Under the pieces are notes generated by a model that was not told the origin of the DNA, made no database searches, and was given only the letters and a program-made list of their open reading frames with translations. Below, piece by piece: positions 8,277 to 14,906 of a DNA stretch of 14,906 nucleotides; the first letter of the stretch is position 1; each line of letters opens with the position of its first letter. Made by a program: the position numbers and the translations under genes. This DNA comes from Pseudobdellovibrionaceae bacterium. Lineage in GTDB: Bacteria; Bdellovibrionota; Bdellovibrionia; Bdellovibrionales; Bdellovibrionaceae. The stretch spans positions 1 through 14,906 of the forward strand of contig JBIKLL010000067.1 of assembly GCA_044359815.1 (NCBI GenBank). The letters are read 5' to 3'.

Positions 8277-10448
8277 TTAAGCAATCGAAGCCAATTCTGC
8301 AGGCCCATGGGTTTTGAGCAGTTCAGCTTTTATCTTCTGATTTTCATGTGATGCAAGCTTTGCATCGGTGCTAGTTATATGAAATGCCGCATCCCTTGCT
8401 TGTATCAATATATTTGCATCGCGGACCAGGTTTGCCATTTTAAATCCCGGAAGCCCAGCCTGTCTGGTTCCCAGAAACTCCCCCGGCCCCCGAAACTCTA
8501 AATCAAACTCAGCAATCTTAAAGCCATCATTTGTTGTTTCAAGCACTGCGGTTCTTTGTTTTGCATCTTCACCCACAGCGTACCCTAAAACAAAAATGCA
8601 ATAGCTTTTATGAGTTCCCCGGCCCACACGGCCCCGCAACTGGTGCAATTGCGACAAACCAAATCTTTCAGCATGTTCCACCATAATTATATTAGCATTG
8701 GGAACATCCACGCCAACTTCAATCACAGTGGTGCTGACCAAAACGTCGTACTCGTGGTTTCTGAATTGATTCATGATTTGGTCTTTTTCCTCTGACTTGA
8801 GCTTTCCATGCAGCAATCCAAAACGGATTTTAGGAAATTCTGTTTTCAGTTTTTCGTATTCTTCTATGGCGTTTTTCAGATCAATCTTTTCGCTTTCCTC
8901 GATCAACGGAAAAATCATATAACCCTGTCGGCCCTTAGAAATTAAATCAGCTAAAAACTCCAAAGCCTGCCTGCGCTTGGATTCAAAAATCACCCGGCTC
9001 TGGATGGGTGATCGCCCAGGTGGCAATTCATTGATCACACTGATTTCCAGATCACCATACACAGTCATGGCCAAGGTTCTGGGGATGGGAGTCGCAGTCA
9101 TCACCAAAAAATGCGGGTTGTTGCTCTTTTTCTTTAGAGCTCCCCGTTGCTGAACACCAAATCGATGCTGTTCGTCTATGATAACAAGACTCAAATTCTT
9201 AAATACCACGTTGTCTTCAATCAAAGCATGAGTACCGATCAAAAGATCAATCCGCCCCTCAGAAAGCTCCTGCAAAATTTGTTTTTTTGCAGCCGTTTTG
9301 GTTCGTCCGCTTAGCAAAGCAATGCGACATCCTGATTGATCAAAAATTTTCTGAGCATTTTTAAAATGCTGCTCAGCCAAAATTTCAGTGGGAACCATCA
9401 AGCAAACTTGAGTTTTATTTTCAACAGCTATAGCCGCTGCCAAAAATGAAACGACAGTCTTGCCGCTGCCCACGTCCCCTTGAACTAACCTGTGCATAGG
9501 ATAGGTTTGCTGCAAATCCCTTTGAATTTCAGCAATCGAGTTTTTTTGTGCATTGGTCAGCTGAAAGGGCAGGTTTTTATAAATAACTGAGCTGACTTTA
9601 TTGGTTGGAACCAGCTTCTGCCCCTGCTCGCGCTGAAAACTGACTTTTTTAGCAGCTAAATACATTTCAAGCCAAAAAAATTCCTCAAAAATAATTCTTT
9701 GGTGAGCTCGCGATTTAAAATTAAGCAAATTTTCTGCATCATTGGGATCAGGAAAATGCATTTCCTTAAGTGCTGTTTTGATGTCAGGCAAATTGTATTT
9801 TTGCAAAATCCAATTAGGAAGCTTTTCGCTGAGTTCTTCTGAATTTTGCACCTTTTGCCAAGCCGATTGCACAAGCTTTCTGATTTTCATTGAAGTCAAA
9901 GTTTCGATTTCAGAATAAATTGGCAAAATTTCGTTTTCGACTTCTTGGTCTTCCTCGATTGGTCTGATCTCGGGATGTTGAAATTCCTTGAGGCCGCGAT
10001 AAATAATCACTTTGCCTGAAATTCTGACTGATGTGCCATGCACGAGCTTTTCAAAATATCCATGATAGGGAGCTCTAAAGTATTTGCAGGTGATTTGCCC
10101 ACTGCTGTCAGCAACAGTTACGATAAACATTTTACGATGGCTTTTACCCATAGAGATTTGGTTTACCTTTTTTATTGTGGCAATGATGCTGACCGAGTCA
10201 CCCACTGTTAGTGAGGCAATATTTCTGACAGCCCTGCGGTCCTCGAAACTGCGGGGATAATATTGCAATAAATCTTGGATGGTTTTTAATTCGCGTTTTG
10301 CCAGTATTGAAGCAAGCTTTGGACCCACGCCTTTTAAGTACTGCAATTCAGTGCTGAGTTTATAAGGAATGTCCTTTACAAAGCCATCCTTAGACTTTTC
10401 GCTCAACTTTGGGCCTGTATAATCTGAGCGTCTTATATTGAGAGACAT
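8277..10448 (-). CDS. recG: ATP-dependent DNA helicase RecG
   Basis: LKGVGPK and DLLQYYPRSFEDR N-terminus, OB wedge domain, RLVQGDVGSGKT, DEQHRFGVQQR, MTATPIPRTLA, TTVIEVGVDVPNA, HQLRGRVGRG, DGFKIAEFDLEFRGPGE. Confidence 0.98.
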   Translation of the reverse strand: MSLNIRRSDYTGPKLSEKSKDGFVKDIPYKLSTELQYLKGVGPKLASILAKRELKTIQDLLQYYPRSFEDRRAVRNIASLTVGDSVSIIATIKKVNQISMGKSHRKMFIVTVADSSGQITCKYFRAPYHGYFEKLVHGTSVRISGKVIIYRGLKEFQHPEIRPIEEDQEVENEILPIYSEIETLTSMKIRKLVQSAWQKVQNSEELSEKLPNWILQKYNLPDIKTALKEMHFPDPNDAENLLNFKSRAHQRIIFEEFFWLEMYLAAKKVSFQREQGQKLVPTNKVSSVIYKNLPFQLTNAQKNSIAEIQRDLQQTYPMHRLVQGDVGSGKTVVSFLAAAIAVENKTQVCLMVPTEILAEQHFKNAQKIFDQSGCRIALLSGRTKTAAKKQILQELSEGRIDLLIGTHALIEDNVVFKNLSLVIIDEQHRFGVQQRGALKKKSNNPHFLVMTATPIPRTLAMTVYGDLEISVINELPPGRSPIQSRVIFESKRRQALEFLADLISKGRQGYMIFPLIEESEKIDLKNAIEEYEKLKTEFPKIRFGLLHGKLKSEEKDQIMNQFRNHEYDVLVSTTVIEVGVDVPNANIIMVEHAERFGLSQLHQLRGRVGRGTHKSYCIFVLGYAVGEDAKQRTAVLETTNDGFKIAEFDLEFRGPGEFLGTRQAGLPGFKMANLVRDANILIQARDAAFHITSTDAKLASHENQKIKAELLKTHGPAELASIA

Positions 10449-10521
10449 GACCCATTAGTAGCTGAATTCGCTGTTATTGTCTATTTAACTGATGGCTTGG
10501 CCTATCAATTTGGGAAAGTGT

Positions 10522-10550
10522 TAAATTAGACTATTAAAAGTCTGAATTTA
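10522..10550. promoter_or_regulatory. Imperfect palindrome in the divergent recG / HD-GYP intergenic region
   Basis: TAAATTAGACT (10522-10532) - ATTAAA - AGTCT(G)AATTTA (10539-10550); 11 pairs with a single bulge, ending 17 nt before the HD-GYP ATG. Confidence 0.35.
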
Positions 10551-10567
10551 CTTGGCAAAATATAGAA

Positions 10568-11515
10568 ATGCTTAACGAAAAGTTTTTTAACGTCAGAATC
10601 AACAGTTTAATCCCAGGCAAACCCACAACATTTGATGTGTTCTTAAGAATCAATACTCAAACTGTGGTGTATTTGCGAGCCGGTGATAAAATTGATAAAG
10701 ATAAAATGCTGGCCCTGAATACCAAAGACACAGGGATGTATTTTCTGGTTCGCGAAACCGACAGGAAATCCTACAAAAGTTACATCCATGATCAAATGAA
10801 TTCGACTGATTTAAATGTTAGGGAAAAATCGCTAATTTTGCGCGAAAGTTCTATGTCTTTGGTTGAGGAACTTTTTGAAACACCCGAAGTCAACAAAGCC
10901 CTGGATTCTGCAAGGCCCGTTATTAAAGATTTTATTAAATTTATGGAAGCAGAACCCGAGGCCATGGCTCATTTAATATCATTGTCTGGTCATGATTTTT
11001 ATACTTACAACCATTCACTGGATGTCAGTATATATTCGCTAGGCCTTGCTGAAGCCCTCTCGTTTTCTAAAGAAGAACTTGAGGAACTGGGAGTCGGAGC
11101 TTTATTTCACGACATTGGTAAACGTCAGGTCAGTCTGGATATATTGTGCAAAAAAGGACCTTTGAATGATGCTGAGTGGGCTCAAATGCAAAAGCATCCC
11201 CAGTATGGTCTGTTGATTTTAAATGATAACGATAATATCTCAGACGGAGTCAAGGCTGCCTGCTTTGAGCATCATGAATCATTTGCAGGCAACGGTTATC
11301 CTCAGCAATTAAAAGGCGAAGAGATCCATCCCTTTGGACGTATCATTGCGATCACTGATACTTACGACGCTATGACTACCCAAAGATCTTACAATGTACC
11401 ATTAAAGCCCGTTGATGCTGTGACCATGATGAAAGAAAAATTAGCAGGGCGTTATGATCCCGAAATGATAAACGCAATGTACAGTGTGCTTTTCAGACTT
11501 CAGACAGCTTCATAA
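10568..11515 (+). CDS. HD-GYP cyclic-dinucleotide phosphodiesterase, RxxN variant (candidate 3',3'-cGAMP phosphodiesterase)
   Basis: HDFYTYNHS, HDIGK, HPQYG, HHESFAGNGYP, ITDTYDAMTTQRSYN. Metal-binding His/Asp residues appear intact; no recognisable REC, GAF or PAS domain. Confidence 0.92.
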   Translation: MLNEKFFNVRINSLIPGKPTTFDVFLRINTQTVVYLRAGDKIDKDKMLALNTKDTGMYFLVRETDRKSYKSYIHDQMNSTDLNVREKSLILRESSMSLVEELFETPEVNKALDSARPVIKDFIKFMEAEPEAMAHLISLSGHDFYTYNHSLDVSIYSLGLAEALSFSKEELEELGVGALFHDIGKRQVSLDILCKKGPLNDAEWAQMQKHPQYGLLILNDNDNISDGVKAACFEHHESFAGNGYPQQLKGEEIHPFGRIIAITDTYDAMTTQRSYNVPLKPVDAVTMMKEKLAGRYDPEMINAMYSVLFRLQTAS

Positions 11516-11526
11516 TTTACCGATAA
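11500..11526 (+). promoter_or_regulatory. Putative sigma-28 (FliA) promoter upstream of the Cys-repeat protein
   Basis: TCAG (11500-11503) - N15 - ACCGATAA (11519-11526), versus the consensus TAAA-N15-GCCGATAA. It ends 40 nt upstream of GTG 11567, which has an AAGGAG RBS. Confidence 0.5.
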
Positions 11527-11566
11527 ATTAATACGCGAATTCATGTTTTAAAGGAGACTGCTGAAC

Positions 11567-12085
11567 GTGGCTTTATTGAGTTTTCTTTTTACCATTATGT
11601 CGACACCTCAACTGGGATTTGCAAAGCCCACTGAAGGATCCAATCCTAAAAATAAACTTTTAGCTGCTCGCAATGATTTTGATGACAAGTCTTTAAACGA
11701 TCACATGCTGTTTATCGAATTCAAAGACCCCTTAGAATACTGTGAACGGTTTTTGAAAAAAGACAAAAAAGAAGGCTGCAAAGATTTAATTTCGTCTAAA
11801 AAACCCGATTGGTATTTTGCCTCTTACTGCGACCGGATTTTTGATGATGATTTATTTATCGATTGCATGAAAAAAGCCCAGGTCACAATGGTAGAGCCCA
11901 GACACCTCAGGCGCTGCGAAAACCCCAGGACAGATTCGGGTATCCGAGACTGTTTATGGAGACTAGATGCTGAATCCAGAGGCGAACTGAAATCTGGAAA
12001 ATCATTGAACCGCTTGCCCGCATCTGGTGACAAAGATAATCACGATCCCTTCTATAAGCCCATGAAACTTAAGGGTTCAAAATAA
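11567..12085 (+). CDS. Hypothetical exported protein with three C-x11-C repeats and a C-terminal RLPAS motif
   Basis: AAGGAG RBS plus GTG start; hydrophobic N-terminus ending in GFA; Cys at 59, 71, 88, 100, 117 and 129. The 3' end overlaps the convergent gene by 17 nt. Confidence 0.8.
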   Translation: MALLSFLFTIMSTPQLGFAKPTEGSNPKNKLLAARNDFDDKSLNDHMLFIEFKDPLEYCERFLKKDKKEGCKDLISSKKPDWYFASYCDRIFDDDLFIDCMKKAQVTMVEPRHLRRCENPRTDSGIRDCLWRLDAESRGELKSGKSLNRLPASGDKDNHDPFYKPMKLKGSK

Positions 12086-12938
12086 GAGTGTAACCACCGG
12101 CAAAATTACGGGCCTTTTTGTAACCCAATTCCTGAGCCACAAAGGTTGCTAAGGCTGATCTGACTCCAACGTTTGAAATAAACACGATTTCCTGATCCGT
12201 CTTTAATCCCAGCTGATTGAAAATATCTTTAATACCTTCATCGATGCTGCCATCAGATTTTAAAAATTTCTTCCATTCAATATTAATGGCACCCATATCA
12301 GGAGCATTTTTTGATACATGGTCGTCAGCCTTACCCAAATATTCAGCCTCTGAACGGACATCAACTAAAACCGATTCGCGCTTGGCGAAGGCTTTTAGTT
12401 TCCTTTTAAAATCTTTTAAATCAATGTGATAAACTTCGTTGTATTTTGGTTTCCAGATCGGCCTTGGCTTGAGGGATTGTTCTGCATAATTTTGCACAGG
12501 TCTATCGTAGTTTTCAATGCTGTCGATTTTGATTGAGTTTATTCCTAAATATTTTAAGGTCCATGCCAACCGACCCTCTTGGCCATTGCCAGAATGCACA
12601 TTGCCCACAACGATGACTTCTGTATCAGGGTCAATACCCAACTGAGCAAGCCTCCTGGCTGCGCGGTACAAATCCACATCCAATAACCCAGTAAATGGAT
12701 GTTTTTTCTGAGAAAAATCTGTCCACTGAACATTGATTGAATTCGGAACTTTTGAAGACTCAAAATCCAGAGCGCTTCGGGCATCCAAAATCACAGCCCC
12801 TGCTGAACTCAGATCAGCCTGAGTCAGCTTAGGAGTTTTTAATCTCTGCGGCTGGTTTTCAAAAACCTTGGTGGGTCCGCTTTGGCAACCCATCCAAAAA
12901 AACGCCAGCAAAATAAAAACTGTTTTTAGTTTTATCAT
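12069..12938 (-). CDS. Tandem rhodanese-domain lipoprotein lacking the catalytic cysteine
   Basis: Lipobox WMG-C18; two rhodanese folds (VILDARS...VPNSINV...LGIDPDTEVIV and LVDVRSEAEY...GAINIEW...IVFISNVGVRSA...LGY...NFAGGY). ATG overlaps the lysS stop (ATGA). Confidence 0.85.
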   Translation of the reverse strand: MIKLKTVFILLAFFWMGCQSGPTKVFENQPQRLKTPKLTQADLSSAGAVILDARSALDFESSKVPNSINVQWTDFSQKKHPFTGLLDVDLYRAARRLAQLGIDPDTEVIVVGNVHSGNGQEGRLAWTLKYLGINSIKIDSIENYDRPVQNYAEQSLKPRPIWKPKYNEVYHIDLKDFKRKLKAFAKRESVLVDVRSEAEYLGKADDHVSKNAPDMGAINIEWKKFLKSDGSIDEGIKDIFNQLGLKTDQEIVFISNVGVRSALATFVAQELGYKKARNFAGGYTLILNP

Positions 12939-14428
12939 TTCACAAACTTCATAGTGGGAAACAAAATAATGTCACGGATGCTGGCCTGATTGGTCAGTAT
13001 CATCACGATGCGCTCAATCCCCACACCGACCCCACCTGTGGGCGGCATGCCTGTATCAATCGCATGCATAAAATCCTCATCCATAGGCTGAGCTTCTTCA
13101 TCAATGACCCGTTTTGCTTCTTGTTCTTTCAGTCTATCAAATTGCTCTTCAGGATCATTAAGTTCTGAATAAGCATTGCCGATTTCCATACAGGCTGCAA
13201 AGGGCTCAAATCTTTCCACCAGGCCATTTTGAGTCCTGTGTTTTTTAGTCAGAGGAGAAATCTCAACAGGATGATCCATAACAAATGTCGGATTCCACAA
13301 ATGCTGTTCAGCTGTGGCTTCAAACAGTTCCATCAACAGCTCACCCTTGGATTGCAGGGGCTTCCCTGTTTTTTTGTCCCGGTCGATTTCTACTTTGTGT
13401 TTTTTCAATTCATCGGCCAATTGATCCACGGTTATTTTAACTGGATCAACCTTGGCGTATTCTTTGATCCCATCATAAACAGTCAGACGCCTCCAAGGCG
13501 GAGTGAAATCCACAGTTTTACCTTGGTATTCAACCTTGTAAGAACCAGTGATGGTTTTTGCCAAATGAGAAATCAATTCCTCAAATTGTTTAAGTTGATA
13601 ATTGTAATCCGTGTAGGCCTCATACCATTCAAGCATTGTGAATTCAGGATTGTGGGATCTGTCGATGCCTTCGTTTCGAAAATTTTTTGAAATTTCATAG
13701 ACCTTTTCAAATCCGCCGACGATTAATCGTTTTAAATAAAGCTCAGGCGAAATTTTTAAAAACAATTTCATGTCTAAGGCTCTATGGTGAGTTGAAAACG
13801 GAAAGGCCGCTGCTCCACCATAAATTGGTTGCAAGACAGGAGTTTCCACCTCCATAAAACCACGTCCATCCAGAAAATTTCTGATTTCTTTGATAATCCT
13901 TACCCGAGTTTCGAAAACTTTTCGTGAATCAGGATCAGAAATCAGATCCAAATGACGGTGACGGTATTTGATTTCTACGTCTTGTATGCCATGAAATTTT
14001 TCAGGCAAAGGTTCCAAGGTTTTCGCCAGCATTTCAAAACTTTTGCAGTAAAGCGAAAGCTCACCCTTTTGAGTTTTAAAAACATAACCTTTTACCCCGA
14101 CCAAATCGCCCAGATCCAAAAGCTCAAACATGGTTTTTTGTTCAGCAGTTAGTTCTTCAGGTTTAATATAAATTTGCAATCTGCCGCTTTGATCCTGCAG
14201 GTTAAAAAAGCTAGCCTTACCCATAGCCCTGACAGTCATCACCCTTCCGGCAATGGCAAACTGATCGGATTCTAGTTTTTGTCCAGCCGTGGTTTGTTCG
14301 TTATATTTTTTAAATATTTCGCCACAAAATCCTGTCCTATCAAAACTGTAGGGAAATGGGTTTATGCCTTTTTCTTTCAGCTGATGAAGTTTTTTGCGTT
14401 TTTCTGCGCGCAGTGGATTTTCACTCAC
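12935..14428 (-). CDS. lysS: Lysyl-tRNA synthetase (class II)
   Basis: OB-fold (AGRVMTVRAMGKASF), GFMEVETP, ISPELYLKRLIVGGFEKVYEI, motif 2 FRNEGID, motif 3 GMPPTGGVGVGIER. Start placed at GTG 14428, 1 nt after the fbaB stop, rather than TTG 14449. Confidence 0.98.
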   Translation of the reverse strand: MSENPLRAEKRKKLHQLKEKGINPFPYSFDRTGFCGEIFKKYNEQTTAGQKLESDQFAIAGRVMTVRAMGKASFFNLQDQSGRLQIYIKPEELTAEQKTMFELLDLGDLVGVKGYVFKTQKGELSLYCKSFEMLAKTLEPLPEKFHGIQDVEIKYRHRHLDLISDPDSRKVFETRVRIIKEIRNFLDGRGFMEVETPVLQPIYGGAAAFPFSTHHRALDMKLFLKISPELYLKRLIVGGFEKVYEISKNFRNEGIDRSHNPEFTMLEWYEAYTDYNYQLKQFEELISHLAKTITGSYKVEYQGKTVDFTPPWRRLTVYDGIKEYAKVDPVKITVDQLADELKKHKVEIDRDKKTGKPLQSKGELLMELFEATAEQHLWNPTFVMDHPVEISPLTKKHRTQNGLVERFEPFAACMEIGNAYSELNDPEEQFDRLKEQEAKRVIDEEAQPMDEDFMHAIDTGMPPTGGVGVGIERIVMILTNQASIRDIILFPTMKFVK

Positions 14429-14429
14429 G

Positions 14430-14906
14430 TTACAAAGACTTTCCAGCAAATGTATCCTGAACCTGCTTCAACAATGCAATGGCTTCAGCCTTAGGTCTTT
14501 GAAAGGCGTTTCGTCCCATGATGCTTCCAAACGCTCCCCCATGTGCCAGTTCGTTGACTTCAGCAATGATTTCCTGAGTGCCCTTGGCTTCTCCACCCGA
14601 AAATATCACTATGCGCTTTCCGTTGAATGAGCTTTGCACAACATGCCGAGTCCTGTCTGCCAATGTGTTCACTCGGATACCGTTGGCCTCGTAGACTTTT
14701 CTGGCGGCGTCTTGTTCGATGTGAGCCGTGGGCGGTTTTACTTTGATAATGTTTGCGCCCAACTGAGCTGCCAAATGAGCTGCGTAGGCAACCACGTCGA
14801 TAGCTGTTTCGCCTTCTTTGGATAATTGTTCACCACGAGGATAGGACCAAATAACAACAGCCAGTCCCGCTTTTTTTGCGGCTCTTGTTACCTCAGAAAT
14901 TTCTTC
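14430..14906 (-). CDS. fbaB: Class I fructose-bisphosphate aldolase (DhnA/FbaB family), C-terminal part; start is outside the window
   Basis: The frame is open to the right edge: EEISEVTRAAKKAGLAVVIWSYPRGEQLSKEGETAIDVVAYAAHLAAQLGANIIKVK (Schiff-base Lys), IVIFSGG, GSIMGRNAFQRP. Confidence 0.9.
   Translation of the reverse strand, partial: EEISEVTRAAKKAGLAVVIWSYPRGEQLSKEGETAIDVVAYAAHLAAQLGANIIKVKPPTAHIEQDAARKVYEANGIRVNTLADRTRHVVQSSFNGKRIVIFSGGEAKGTQEIIAEVNELAHGGAFGSIMGRNAFQRPKAEAIALLKQVQDTFAGKSL

Noticed and set aside
12174..12176. Possible selenocysteine at the rhodanese active site
   Set aside because: The codon is TCA (Ser), not TGA, and the frame is uninterrupted.
14429..14449. TTG start of lysS at 14449
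   Set aside because: It overlaps the fbaB C-terminus; GTG 14428, directly after the fbaB stop, gives a typical MSENPLR start.
302..14825. Many short ORFs in the track (e.g. 1070-1357, 1462-1770, 4945-5193, 5787-6113, 13229-13690, 14394-14630)
   Set aside because: They lie antisense to, or out of frame within, well-supported genes and show no recognisable motifs; they are best explained as shadow ORFs.
1..14906. CRISPR arrays, tRNA/rRNA genes, T-box leaders, transposases, inteins or frameshifted genes
   Set aside because: All intergenic gaps are under about 120 bp and lack such structure; the housekeeping proteins are of normal length with continuous frames.

Overview
This is a gene-dense, AT-rich (roughly 40% GC by eye) bacterial chromosomal segment, most likely from a Bdellovibrio-like predator (Bdellovibrionota). 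That assignment is an inference from gene order, an RxPAS motif and a sigma-28-like promoter. The minus strand carries fbaB (partial)-lysS-rhodanese-like lipoprotein, then recG, then a cytochrome b562 / lipoprotein cytochrome c pair, a KP-43-like S8 subtilase, and carD(cdnL)-gltX-cysS-uvrB (partial). The plus strand carries a stand-alone HD-GYP phosphodiesterase and an exported Cys-repeat hypothetical protein. I found no rRNA, tRNA, CRISPR array or transposase. The most interesting signals are: (1) the HD-GYP has RxxN (RSYN) instead of the canonical Rxx(K/R), the change reported for 3',3'-cGAMP-specific phosphodiesterases; (2) the adjacent secreted protein has three exact C-x11-C units on a 29-aa period, a C-terminal RLPAS motif and a sigma-28-like promoter; (3) the tandem-rhodanese lipoprotein has Ser in place of the catalytic Cys; (4) a coupled b562 + lipid-anchored monoheme cytochrome c module; (5) a carD-gltX-cysS cluster lacking ispD/ispF.
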